Of a DNA stretch of 64,000 nt, positions 22,901 through 36,660 are shown piece after piece (the stretch's first letter is position 1; each line of letters begins with the position of its first letter). Under the pieces are notes generated by a model that had not been told where the DNA came from, ran no database searches, and saw only the letters and a list, made by a program, of their open reading frames with translations. Position numbers and translations under genes: made by a program. Source of the stretch: Pocillopora damicornis (Eukaryota); assembly GCF_003704095.1 (NCBI RefSeq), contig NW_020845065.1, positions 1-64,000 of the forward strand, read 5' to 3'.

Positions 22901-24359
22901 CATACTAAATGTCATAATTCATTCTATATATTTCAAAGTCAAGACAAGATAGCAGGGCTACCAATATTTTGTACTACCTTTTCTTTTTCTGCTTTGTAGG
23001 CGTTCCCGCAGCACCATCCCATCATTCCAGCACTAGCGTCGCCAACATCCCTTCATCACATGGCCAGTCTGGGAAATCCTCCATGTTCAACACTCTTTGT
23101 GGCCAACCTTGGGAAGGGAAGCTCCGAACAAGAGTTAAGAGATCTTTTTGCTGAGTAAGTTAACAATTGATTGAACTGCCTCATAAATCATGTCTGTGAA
23201 CACTTTAGGGAGTTGAAGTTCCAGCTCCCTAAATGTTACCGTCACTTGAACTGTGCAGTGACTTCAACTCCTTTCCCAGCATCCAACATATATTTTTTCT
23301 CATAACGTAGTTGCAAATCAAACAAACTGCATTTGCATTTCTTCACGACAGTTTGACAGTATGCTTTCCTTATATTATTTCTTTCTCTTTTTTCCTTTAG
23401 CTTGCCGGGCTTTCGACGCTTAAAAATGCACAGTAAAGGGAGTAGCCCCGTCTGTTTCGTGGAATATCAGGTATTTTTCTATTTATTTTTATCAGTTGCT
23501 CATTATTTACTTAACATTTAGTTATAGTGATAGCTCTCATGAGATACAGTAAACATAAGGACACAAATTTCTCCGGAGAGAAAAAATACTTTCACAGTGT
23601 ACTTGTGATGATTTTTGCGACAGCCATCTCATTGCTTGGCAACCACTCTTTTTCCCCCTTTTTAAGGATATCTACACGGCGACTCATGCTATGAATGTTC
23701 TTCGAGGGTGAGTAGTGAGCATGTTTTTCAGTAGCCACCCTTTCGGTTTATCTAACAACGAGGTACAGCTGCACATAAAAATTTATCTCGGAGATTAAGA
23801 CAAATTTTGCCAATTTTCCTTTGAGAATTATTGTATCAGTATTAATAATTAAAATGATGATTTTCAGAGCATAACATGTCAATTTTGTGTCAACTTGTTT
23901 AGCCATAGTATAAGCTAATGGGGACACTGAAGTAAACTAAAGTAATCATTGCAGTAATCATGTAACTGCATTTTCTTTGAGCGTCTTTTTTGTGAAATAA
24001 AAAAATTGCAAAGTCACCATAGTTAAAAAATTGTACTTCGGTATCATAATCGTGGGGTGATAATAGTGATATACCAATTAATCCTCGACCAATAAAAATG
24101 CCCACGTCTCTTAAACGACCCAAGCAATTGTACCAAAATGTGTCGTTATGAAAAGTAAAAATTGAGGAAGGAAGTCAGTTATTGATCTAAACTAGGCCCT
24201 AAAAATAACTTTTGTAACAAACACGGAGTTTTAAATGTCTATTTTCTCATTTCAATTTTATCTTTACTTCTTTACAGCCATATCATGCAGTCTTCTTCAG
24301 AAAAAGGAGGCATAAGGATAGAGTACGCAAAAACCAAAATGGGCGAGGTACATGAATGA
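16957..24359 (+). CDS. RBPMS/couch potato/MEC-8 family RNA-binding protein with two RRMs; exons 16957-16986, 17083-17160, 19041-19079, 20419-20481, 21034-21172, 21797-21860, 22518-22596, 23000-23154, 23401-23470, 23667-23707, 24278-24347 (stop at 24359 if unspliced; last exon uncertain)
   Basis: RRM1: [84 protein letters not shown] (family hallmark). RRM2: [13 protein letters not shown]...[37 protein letters not shown]...[12 protein letters not shown]. All phases consistent. Confidence 0.92.
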
Positions 24360-27300
24360 CTCTTTGTGTCACGCCCTCGTGTGTAGGTACATTTAAGTGT
24401 GTTGTGCCACTTAAGGTAGTTTTATCAACTTTTTAGAGGTTTGGCTTGACTTTGTTTTTTAATTTAGTGTCTACTTTTCTACAATTCATCAACTACCATC
24501 ACTGAAATCAACGCTACGATTACTCATGGTTTATTGTTTTCATCGCCCTCCTTAGAGCAATTTTTAATTCAGTCGATAGCAATCCGAGACTGCATTGGTT
24601 TTGCTTTACCTTGCTCGGTGATTGAACCAGAAAACTCGCACCAATCTCTAAACCAATAAGATTCAATACTAAAATCAATCACGACTTGGTTACCCACCCA
24701 CAATCAATCGAAAAGTGCTCCTTCCTTCTTACTTTCTTTGGTCTGATTTTGATCAATAATTTCAAAACTGCTTCATTTGTGAGTTAAATTACACGGTAAT
24801 TCGTATTCATTGTAGATACAGCTGTGTGTAAGCCCATATCTTTTTGTTAGGTTTTTATTATTTTATTTTTACTATTATGTTTTGTGAATTACTTAGATAG
24901 GACGACGAATCATTTACAATACTCCAGGCATCTTTATAGTTACCAGCACTGGAGAACTCACGAACAAATTTTCTTCCTCTGAGAAAACTTTTAGGAATTC
25001 ATTTGCAACCCCAGTGGCCTGTAAAAATCTGTTTTTTCTTACGGTTTTACAAAAATTTTTAACATATGTCCTGGTAGGCATTTTAAAATAACTAGCAAAA
25101 AAACATCTAAGCCAATTTTGGCAGCTGCTGATTTTGAGGCCTCTTCTTGTCCTTTTTGCAGGGCAGGATTGACGGTATGGTCGCAATACCGATGCAATAT
25201 TGAGACGATATGGAAAAATTAAAGTTCCATTCCAAAAGCTGCTTCAGTGAGAAATAAGAGAAAAATACCAAGAAATAATCTAAAGCTACAGTGATGTTTT
25301 AGAAGATATTTGTTAAGAAATAGATTGAGCTAATTTATTGCAGTGTTTGCCTGTAAAAATGAACTGAAAATCAGATAACTAAGTATTTATGAAGGAATAG
25401 GGCTTTTTGCTGGCACGAAAGGGTCTTCGGATTTTTTTTTAGAAATAACTGATATTTATAACCCTGTTGAGCCGGCGAGAAAAAAACCGTTTTCTTCTCA
25501 TAATCATAAAAAAACGAAATTCTCGCTTCTAGCAAAAAATCTTCAGTTTGAATGTAAAAAAGGCTATAAGAAAAAAAGCTAGAATTCTTTTTCTGAAAAT
25601 GTTATATTTCCTTCTTATTTTTGTTTTTATTTTTCACAAGTGGCTATTTTTCTTAACTAGATGGGAATGGAAATGTTCCCTGTTCCGATAAAGGAAACAC
25701 AATTTTTTAACTTATTCGAAAAGAGGTGTGATTTGATTTCATCTATTTCCAGGTTTCAATCCAGATTGTAAATATTATTATTAATATTTTACATTAAAGT
25801 ATTGAATGAAACCAATATTACTCAGAGTTTTTACTCAGTTATCGCTGGATGAAGATCATCTTTAATCAATTTATCTTTACTTCCCATTTACCTTTGTTTA
25901 GCCGTCGGTAAACGTCTAGGCAATAAACTATGCTTTCAGTCAGGTGAATCAAGGGTGCTCCATCTCTCCTTTTGGCTGCGTACTAGAACTAGAACAACCT
26001 TGCGTTCACTCCTCTTTCTATGGTGCGCGAATCACATTTAATGTGTTCCCCAAGACCAAGAACTCTGCGTATTCTTTGAGAAGTGTAATGATCCCTCACC
26101 ATATATTGCGATAACAGTTTCAGCTGCTCAATAAAACGCACATATTACGTTTTTGTCGTCAAAATGATCACAATCGAAGAGCCATTGCTTTCTATGTGCT
26201 AAGTTAACCTTTTTCAACACATTACAAGAAATTTTTAAAATAGGGATCATTTTTAACTAACAGTTTGGTTTCATCTATGGGGATTAGCTCATTTATTACT
26301 AACTACTTACAGATTATGAAGTAATCAAAATATGAAAATAAAGAATATTAAAAACCGGTTAGGATTGAATCAGTACAAAGCCTGATTATTGCAGATAGTG
26401 GTTTTAAAAATTTGAAAATAAAAGGAAACAGAATTAGTCCTTCTTGGGATGAAAAGAAGTTTTCCTTTATGAAAAATAAACTGATATCATAAGCTGTGAT
26501 TTAAATTAGTGAAGTTATAATGCATTTTCGATACCTGTCTGGGAATCATGTCTAGCAATCTAGAATGAAAAGTGTGAAATTACACAAACATTCACACGGC
26601 ACCGATAAGCATTTTTATAATACTTCATCTTTACTTTCTCTGTTGTCAAACTTAAGCTTATTTCAAAACACCTTTTCGAATGTAATACATGTTTACTAAG
26701 TGAAGTTCAGCTTTGCTCTCTCACATAGTACTTTCCCTAAATTTAAAAACTCTATCATTAACGTTTTTGCCTATCTAACCTCTTTTCCGCTTTTTCGCTG
26801 GTTACAACTGATTTGTTTCCTACCGAGAAATAGCGTCATACTGATGAAAGAAAGCTCAGCGAGTCAGTAGTGTATATCAGATTGCTCTTCGTCTGATACA
26901 AAGAGGCTTTGATTTTCATTGTAAAAAATTTTCAACAGATACACGCTACTTGAACAGTAAAATGACTTTGGACAGCTCACTGAAGTCTTGGCAAATATAT
27001 AAGGGATCATAAGACATAAGTTCTATTTTTGCTGAACAGCTTGAAATTAAACGACTTTAAAGAAACCGAAATCAAGTTCATATGTTTTCAAATTGTAATT
27101 TTCAGAGAAAATTTTGCCACTGAATTATTACCATATCACTATTTACGGGGGCTGAAATTTCACAAAGCCAATATAACAGGATTGCTTATCGCTTTTCCGG
27201 CTTTCATATATAAAACTATTACCGACCTTAATTTCGTGGCTTGTTTTAAATTTAACAACCTTAAATTAACTGAATTCGGCTACAACGTGTGTAGCTTAGA

Positions 27301-29245
27301 ACCATTAGATAAAAAATAACGACATGCACAAACCAAACAGAGGCGTAATTCTCTGTGTCATTCCCAATGCCTTATTTTGGTAAATTTAAATTTAGTGGGT
27401 GACGCGTAGAAAATCCCCTTGAAGTAAAAACTTGCAAAGAAACTCTGCGGGGAGTCGTTGTTTTACCAAATCCAATTCTGAAAACTGTTTTTGTTACAAA
27501 AAAGATCACGTTTCATATTTGTGATTACTTTTGTAATTTTCTGTTATTATATTTACAATTCTTAAATTCATATGAAAAAAAAACCGTGATTTTATTTCAG
27601 AAATCATCGAACCCACAAAGAGAAGAGCTGTTTAGTTTTTTTCTTGCGGTTTAGAATTGATGCAGAAGGTACATTTTTCGTTGAGTAGCTTTAAGATACA
27701 ATCTCGTTGGAATCTTTTTTTTTCTTTTTTAAACCAAAAAGAGGTTTATTACTGCCTGGGTAACAACGGATAAAAAAAATCGGTCAAATGTGAAAAGAGT
27801 ATCAAAAATAATGCGATTGAGTAGTCTTCGAGATGATGTGTTTTTCTAATAACTTTTTAATTCAATAAAAGTCGAGACCTTAGAAGCAGTTATGTTTTTC
27901 CCAGGTCAAAATCTTCCCAGATTTATACTTATTTGTGAAAAGATACGAGGACTCGAATGGAAGATTTTTAAGCCTTAATAACTCGTACTGAAATGACAGT
28001 TGAAATAATATGTCAATAAAAGATGAGATGTAAGGAGAACGTGTTCCCTGCAACTGAATAAATAACCCATGCAGATTTCGTCACTTTGTATTTTCGTTTG
28101 AAATCAACTCGGTACCTAGATTTACTGCATAGCTTTTGGTAGTTTCATGTTGCTAGGTTACCTATTTCCGATTCGATTTTCCGAAATCATACACGGGCAT
28201 ATAAAAATCTGATATTTATCTACCCAAATATTTCCTTGATCAGAATCATAAAACGTGATGTTTCAAAGAGTAAAAGAAAGCTTTTGAATATTTAAACAGA
28301 GGTGCGGCTAGCTTTGGGCATTTAAATTCTGTTTCCCAGCTGCAAAAACAACGGTGTGGGGTCGCCTTTTAATCTTTCAAATGATGCAATTGTTGAATGC
28401 GCTCGATTCATTTTTATTTTTCTTTGCGAACATTGTTTCTTTCCTCTGTGTGTCTTCTTTCTGTCAGCCTTCTTTACCTTTTATGTGAAGGAACTCACAG
28501 CGTTTGAGGAATGAAATTATTCTAACGTTTCATAATAGCAGTATAAATAAAAATAGTCCCAATTGAATTATGCATAGCCCGGTCTATTTTTCGCACCAAT
28601 TTTTCGTCGCCTTTTGACTCACAAAAAGACATTGAAAGAACTCTGCGTAATTCAATTTGATTTTCCCTCTCCGCTCAAGTAACACAAAGTAGTTCCAGTG
28701 TTTATTTATTGCAGATGATAACTGTTGATCTTGGTTGTTTTAAAAGTGTTTTGCCGTGGAAAGCGGTGCCAATGAAAACCGCCAAAAATTCTTAAGCAAT
28801 TATTTGATGAGGCCTTTATGAAAGGCATCATTGTCACTCCTACGTATTGGCAACTCCCACTAATCATTGTTTTCATGACATCTAAAAATTTGTAAATGTA
28901 AATCTCGTTCTACAGTCTATAAACAGTTGGCTTCGACTGTTTACATTGGAGCCAAGGTGGTTTAAAGTGCTCCAAATTATATTATTTTCACGCAAGGTTA
29001 CTCCAGTCGCAGCAATCGTCACCTTATTCGGCGCGATCGTTCTCGGCATTAAGGACGTGGTCAACTCGATGACTCAAATTAACTTCGCCATATGAACGTT
29101 GCGAGATCATGATCTCTTCGTTCTCGGAGGGCTCTCGCTGAGATTTTACTCCATAGAGTCAAAGATTATGTTGATTTGAACGGCGTAATCTCTAAAGGTT
29201 TAGCTGGTACTTTTGGTTCAGTCGAGATTAACCTTGCGCTTTGGA

Positions 29246-32200
29246 ATGGAGAAGAAAAAGGTTTCCAGATCAGCGGATGACGATTCGTCGAAGCAATGTC
29301 AGAAATTCGAGGGAGAATCAATAAATTTGGCCAAAAAGATCTTAAATACCGTTGACAAGGACCTCGTCGTACCAAAATTGTCCTTCTTCTTCTTTTTTAT
29401 GGCAACCGGCGCTTTCCTTCCTTATCTTGGTGTGTTCTACAAGCAGCTGTGGCTTACAGCTCGACAGTCTGGAATTCTGCTTGGAGTTCGCCCTTTTGTG
29501 AAAATGTTATGCTCCCCTCTCTGGGGAATGGTCACGGATGTATGCAACAAACCGAAGCTTATTCTACTTGTGTCTATTCTGGGAACAACTGTGGCCCATT
29601 TCTCGCAAAGCATAGTCTCGCCGTTTCATTTACCTTGCTACCCTGATGTGAACAGAACAAACTTTAGCCAGATCCGGTCAAACTTGTTCGCCCAATACTC
29701 AACTGATCGTTCTTCGCGACAAAGTGGCTTCCCAGCCACTTCTACACGTTTGCAAGAAAATTCTCTCGTAAAAGGTGCCGACCAAACAAATTATTCATCA
29801 GCTGAAAATGCCGGCACTACAGTTCGAGGGTCGATGGCGCCAGAAAAATTCCTAAGAAATAATGATTTTAACAAACAGAAGGAGCTCGGGAAGGAAGTGC
29901 ATCCCTTCGATTATGGGACAGCTCAGGAAGAAAGCATGGAAGACACCGGACCAAGGCATGAAGATAAGCCGCGAGAAATCACCGACGCAAATTCCAAAAT
30001 ATTGACAAAAAACAAGAAACGCAAGAATCCTAACATGAAGAATGATTTCCGCGTCAAAGACAACCAAAGCATTTTTGCAACTTTGCTTGTGATTGTTTTT
30101 CTGGGTGAATTTATAGCTGCACCAGCTCCAATGCTGACCGATAGCGGAACGCTTGGTATCCTGAGTGGAAGGGAACACCAATACGGTCGACAAAGGCTGT
30201 TCGGTTCGGTAGGCTGGGGAATCGGTTCTTTGCTGTCAGGAGCCGTTGTGACAGCTTTCAATTCATGTCCGTATGAAGACAGCATCAACTATGTGGCGTG
30301 CTTTTACGTATTTGCCGGAGCCATGATTCTCGACTTCTTCGTCGGCCTGTTCTTCAATTTCGTACCAGCGCCGTCCAAACAGGATGTCTCTAACATGGAA
30401 AATGAGTTTTTAAGGGGACTGAAAATATTTTACAACCTAAAGAATGGAGCCTTCATCTGCACACTGTTGTTTCTTGGGTTCTCCCACAGCCTGCAGCTTT
30501 CTTTCTTGTTTTGGTTTCTTCAAGACATTGGTGGAACACCAATCCTTTTTACCCTCATTGTCGCTGTAAATTGCCTGTCAGAGGTGGTGATGTTCTTCCT
30601 AGCGACCTACTTTGTGCAGAAGATCGGCCACGACGCTGTTCTTTACACAGGGCTTGCCTGCTATGGGTTACGATTTTTGCTCTACTCGTACCTTAATGAA
30701 CCATGGTGGGTTTTGCCGCTAGAAGCTTTGCAAGGCTTCACATACGGAGGAGTTTGGACAGCAAGTGTTGCGTACGTTGGACCGCAACCAGGTGAGGAAA
30801 ACGGTTTATGTTCAGAAATTTGTGGCAAGAGACCGTGAGCCGTTTCTGTTTATTTTAAATCAAAAATCATGGTAGTCAAAATTTCAATTCTCTAAACTTC
30901 AGCAAATATCAGATCTAGTTGACATGCATTTCAATGTCACATTTCATCTTTTGATTAATTACCTGTGCTCCAGAAATAGAGAAAGCGAAATTTTTAATAC
31001 CGGATCGCACCGCTTAAATATTTGTTGTTTTGAAAGGAAATAAGATCAAACAAAACTAGTTATTCTCCCAGTCAGATTACAGTATTTGTTTTCGTTTGCG
31101 TTATTAGATACCGGACCTCATGCAAGGAAGTCGTAAACGACAATATGGAAAAGTTTCAGTGGGCTATGATTTAAAAACACCATTCATTTAGTCACTTAGA
31201 GTAGATCAAAAAAATCTCCCCTGATAGTAGATTTACATTTCAGTTGAAAAAAACTATCAAACAAAAGCAAAAGATATTTCAGGTTGAAGGCAAAATTATT
31301 TTTTTAGTGCATATAGAGTCCTGGAAAATGTTTCTTATGCATATCGAAGTTATAATTGGACTTAAAGCTAAGGACACTTTTTTTATGTCACCACCTCTCT
31401 ACATAAATGAGATTCTCAATTTTTGTAACACCCGCTCATCAAACTTAGAGGAAAATTCACTTTTTAAGCTAATTAATTTGTCTAAGAACCAAAAACCATT
31501 AACTGTATCGGTAAACCAACACCTCATGCCATAATGAAGCTTTGGCTCGAATGAATAAACTAAGTCGCCGTTATTAAAAACACTGTTATTCAAATTAGTT
31601 TACTCTCAAACGCAGAGTCTTGTTTAAATAGGTGTTTTTGTAAAGATTTTTTAATCCAGGGTCAACTCAACTACACTTCCTTTTCATTTAGTTCGAATTA
31701 TTTGACGGAATTTCAGTGGGCGCGTTGCTAAGATACCATTTGAAAGACTTTATTCCTTAATTTCGAACTGAACTAAGGCGGTGAATTATTGATATTTTCT
31801 TCATAAGCTTAATCCTGTTTTTCTTTTTAAACCATTCATCAACCTTCTTGTCTTTTCCGGAGCATCTGGTTTTTTCACCCAGGTTCTCTTTCAAAGGAAG
31901 TTAATTGATCTCCTTTCCATCTGATTTACTTGGCCCACCTCCCCCCACATAAAACCAATTATGAAAGAAATCATTTTTTGGGCCGTATGCTTTATAATTA
32001 AGCTGTCTTGGCCGCTTGTTAATAAGTAATGGTGATGAAAATTTCCTTTTATTTGACCATTGCAAATCTTCATAATCAGTGGAGAAAAAATTTTTTTTGC
32101 TGATTTTTTTTTTTCAATTATTATTATCATCATTCTCTAAATTTAAATAAGACAACGTCAGAAAGCTGAAAAAACAAATTCACAGTTGTAACGAATTTCT

Positions 32201-33426
32201 GAAACGAATACATAGAATGAGGTGAAAAAGCTATTTTTAAACATTTCAACAATTAGCCGCAGTTGGTGTTTCCTTAAAGTTTCAGTACATTTATCTGTCA
32301 TATCAATGATATCAAACGAGAGTCTGTGGACCCTACAGTAAGTATGTGAGGAGACCTGGGTTGGTCTATAATCGAGCTGACCAGATTTGCGTGATCGTTG
32401 GCAACGCAGGCTTTCCCATACAAAAAAAGACTCTTATCAAAACAATACTTTGAAAAGATTTTTAAGTAAGGCGGCTCATTTATCTGAATATTGAAAAAAA
32501 ACTAATTGAAATTGGATTCATCAAACCATTTTACCTCAGGTTTCTATTAAATCTGTCAAATTTTAAACACAAATGTCATCCTAAGTAAAGTCAGCGCGTG
32601 AAAGAAGCTTGCGATACAACTTCCCATCATTACGTTCAGCTTCTTTTTCTTGCTAAAATTATTTTAATTCCATTTCGGATCTGAACTCCGGCATCTCCAT
32701 CGCGTGCAAAGTGTGACCATGTGGTTTTTTATCTTTCATCGGTTTTTATGGCCATGATCACGAAACATCGAGTTAAACATAGTGCAGAAAAATGAAATAA
32801 ACACTTCCCCAAAAATCCAACTTAAGAGGCAAATATGTGAAAAAAATGTCATCATTTATTTCACACTTTGCTAGAGAACCAAGTATTTTACAGATCAACG
32901 AGTAAAGTTGATCTTCATTCAGTAAGTTGTTTTGTCTGTTAATTATATGGTAACAAAACATTGATTCCGATTACATTTTTCATGATATCAAGGCTTTCAA
33001 GCCTCAGATGATTAAAATCAACCTTGACCTTGAATATTTAATACTTCGCAAAAATCTCATCTGGAACGACAAGACTAAACTAAAATAAAGTTATTTTTCG
33101 ATTCGCTCTAATGAAATTTTTTCAACATATATTTGTTTCCAGGCTCCGGAGCCACGATCCAAGGCATAATCCACGGGGTGTATTGGGGTCTAGGTATGGC
33201 TGTAGGCGGAGTCATTGGAGGGTTGATGGTTCATTCGATTGGCGCACGTTTAACATTTCGGCTCGAAGCGGCCTTGTCCTTTGCAATTCTTGTTCTGTTC
33301 TTCGCGATCAACAATTTCCATCAGAAAAATTCTCAATATTCCCAGATTCCTTCGGAGCCTGCTCAGGACCCAGGGGATGAAAAAGAGAGCGCTGCAGATC
33401 AAGACACAGCAGGGGATGCTAAATGA
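29246..33426 (+). CDS. MFSD6-like major facilitator transporter, copy 1; exons 29246-30791 and 33143-33426
   Basis: KLSFFFFFMATGAFLPYLGVFYKQL, long hydrophilic loop after TM3, YGRQRLFGSVGWG, FLFWFLQDIGG, PWWVLPLEALQGFTYG, ATIQGIIHGVYWGLGMAVG; phase-1 GT-AG intron. Confidence 0.92.
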
Positions 33427-35390
33427 AGTAACTAATAAACAAATTTTTATCAATCTATTTATTAATTTGACTTATTTATTCATTGAACTCATTGACATGA
33501 GAATTTCTCAGGAAGGGAGATATTATATTTGGGTAATTTAGTTGTAAAATATTTTCAGAGGAAAATTTATTTTATTTTTCGATTATTACGAATATCGATA
33601 TCCGGGGAAACGTTTTGATTTTTTAAGCAATCATGGGACTGGGCAACGTAAGGTAAACACCATTAAATTCAAAAAGCACTTTATTTAAAAGTTAATATGA
33701 TTCAGATTTATGTTCTTTAGTTAATCTATGCTTTGCCATTAACAAATCTAACTGTAATTGTAACATTCTTAAGACGGAAAGAAAAAGAAGTTATGAATTT
33801 CAGTTTTTCTAATAACTGCTGAAGGAACGATTTTACAATAGACGATAGACGATTTTATGTTTACTAAATTCAAAACTGTCTCCTCGATTTCGTCAGAGGA
33901 AAAAAATATGATAATGATAAAGACATCTAACAAGTTTCTGTTGTTATTTTAAATGAATTATGCAATGAACAGGTGAATCACATGACTCTAATTTAGAAAT
34001 TAACTGTTAATGCTTCGTTTTAAGAGCAAAGCTCTACACCCAATGTCTTGAATTGGGATTGGTGCATTATCAAAGCGTCCATGACCAACCTATTAGTAGT
34101 AAGGTTAAGTGTAAGCCATGTTTGCTTGTAATTTAATTTGGACAGTTCCCCGGTGGACAGGTGCACGTGCTTACATACAATTTTCTTCTGCTTATGCGGT
34201 AGCATGTTTCAGGCGCTAATTGAACAAGGCGCGATATTAGCCCAAGGAGAAAAACGCAGGAGGGTTTGAGACGGGTTTCAATATTTCGGTTACGAGAGAA
34301 AACATTTGAGTATTTTGTTTTGTTTTGTTTTTTCTGCATCGCACTTGCCTTGAATGGAAACCAAAGGGAAAAAAGGGCCAAACGCAGGTTACAAACCTCC
34401 TCCCTTTTTTGGTTTTACGCAATTAACGCCCGTAACAGACCAGTTTTAAAGCATTTGTTAGCGTTTTAAGGTCGATAACGAATTTATTTTTAAAGTTAGT
34501 TTATTATTGATGAGATGATAAGGGGGGGCTTACCAACCGCCGAAGAGAATTAAAAAAGCGAAAATTTCCTGTTCTAGCCCTTCTTATCATTCTTGGACTC
34601 AACGCTGATTAAAGTCTTTTGTTTTTAGTTTGAGAAAGAAGTTATTGGTTTCTTTCCGAGTTTTTATTTTTTGTGACAAAAATTATTGAGGAAGGGAAGG
34701 AAATACTGGTAAAGGTATCTGGGCTAATGAAGAAGTGTGAGGAGAAGGTGACATGTGGAACTTGTTTTATGTCGCCGATCATGAATTCCTCTGCCACTTC
34801 GTTAAAATATTACTCGTCTCGGGGATTGATGTCAGGCTATGTAGGATTCGGAGCAGTATTATAATTTCGGTTGCAAAGTAGTGGTCAAAAGTCAGAGGAT
34901 GCACTATCATTGAAACGATAACGAGGGGGGCCGAAAGCTTACTTTTAAGTAAGGAGAACCAAGTTGCCTTACTGGAGCTAAAGACAACTATACTAGCCAT
35001 TAATTCATGAAATTTCTACAGCGTGAAGCGTTTGTTTTCCCTTTTCTGTTCAAAGATTTCTGTGAATACTTCAGTTATTAAACAAATTTTGCGTGATAGC
35101 TGTTTCTTATTTTGCGTGGCTGCTCAAACTTGACCCATTTGCGCATGCCCGTTCCTTTTGCGATGCATCGAAAGACGTTTTACTATTTTTATCGATCGAG
35201 ATTTTCCCACCCCACCCCCCAAAAAAAATTTTCATTGGTATCAGCCTGTCTTCACCGCAAACGAACGCAATCAAGTTCTTTTATAATATTCTGCGTACCA
35301 TTGTTGACAAGGTTTCAGGTTCTGACTTATCATCTATTGGAGGACAGATGCATGGAATACCTCACCATGAACAACTTTTTATTTCTCTAT

Positions 35391-35780
35391 TATAAAAAAA
35401 AATAGATTCCACGTCGCCGAGGATCCATTCAGTTCTAAATCACAGAAGAAGTTAAAATTTGGTAAGAACATCAATATCTCTCTCAGCTGCGCCTCATGTG
35501 CCATTCTTTTTGTAGCTACTGCCCATGCGAGTAGCTTCTATGCTATCGGTTTGATGGATAGGGACACTTTTACCGAGGGTTTTCGGAGACCTTCGGATCA
35601 CGATCGATTTTCTTGGCGCACGATTATGCCGGTAGTAAATTTGATAAGCATCCAATTTCAATAGACTTTACAGGTTATAAAAACACAAGCAAACGTATTG
35701 TTTTTTTGGTGTTCTTATTACATTTTGACAACCATCTGTGATCTATTTCTATACAGACTCAACATGGAGTCTATTTTTTA
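35391..35780. mobile_element. MITE with ~70-bp imperfect terminal inverted repeats and a ~190-bp central segment that may be a nested insertion
   Basis: AATAGATTCCACGT...ATCACAGAAGAAGTTAAAATTTGGTAAGAAC (35401-35469) is mirrored by GTTCTTATTACATTTTGACAACCATCTGTGATCTA...AACATGGAGTCTATT (35711-35775). Confidence 0.65.
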
Positions 35781-36660
35781 GGTTGATGTAACTTGTAAGT
35801 ATTGTTTACAAATTTGTGCTCGTTACCTTAACGTATTTATTTTTCATCAATTTTCATCGAAAGAAGACAAAAAGCAGTGGAGGAGTAGGCTATCAATATA
35901 AAGGAATTTATATCAGGAGACAACCTTTTCTAGAAAAAGTAAATTTTGCGTGCTTGAAATGTTTCAAGTATAGAAGGCCTCAGGGGGTAGTGTATCAATC
36001 AAACCATTCTTATCTAAACTATTGGAAGATCAAAATAATGCTCGTCAAAAATATTTTTGTTATGAACCTATTAGATGTGGCAAATGTTTTGAAAAGTGAC
36101 ACATTTAAGCAAATTTCACTTGATTTGTGTTATGCTAGAGGATAAAGATGTAATAAGTCTGCTAACGGCTTACAAACGACTTAATGATTTTGGCGCATCT
36201 AACAAATAACTGGCTTGTGAATAAAAATCATTAAAATGCAAAAGCCGTGCGAACAGCTTAAAGGGTTTGTCCTGTTTGATTTCTTCAAAAAAAATGAAAT
36301 AATTATAAGTAGTTGCATTTCTAGTAGTAGCTTTGTTATGACTTGCTTTGCTTTGTTTTTTGTTTTGTTTTTTAATTTTTCTGTGCGAGCGTCATCACTT
36401 TGAATCTAGGTCCTCTAGTTTCTTCGTTGCCACCCTGTTGACAGCAGTCGAGCCGGTTAGCCTGCGGTTGACTGCCCACATATGAATAAATATGAGACAT
36501 ATATTAACATATTGAGTTACGAAGGGAGACAGATAGACCTTTCATTCTTGCATGCTAATGCGATTACCAGCGTCGGTGACGAGAGAGCGGAGTTTGTTTT
36601 CGACTTCTCGAGCGATTCACAAAAAATGTGAGCAAGTTAACAGAAAGTGTGTTTCGTCGA

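Noticed and set aside
29213-29245. ORF-track starts at 29213 (TTG) and 36628 (GTG) for the MFS genes
   Set aside because: Non-ATG starts from a prokaryote-style caller; the first in-frame ATGs are 29246 and 36661.
29852-30288. Antisense ORFs over the MFSD6-like exons (also 37584-37874) and over MNS1 exons (11201-11457, 12100-12402)
   Set aside because: Shadow frames of real coding exons with no independent motifs.
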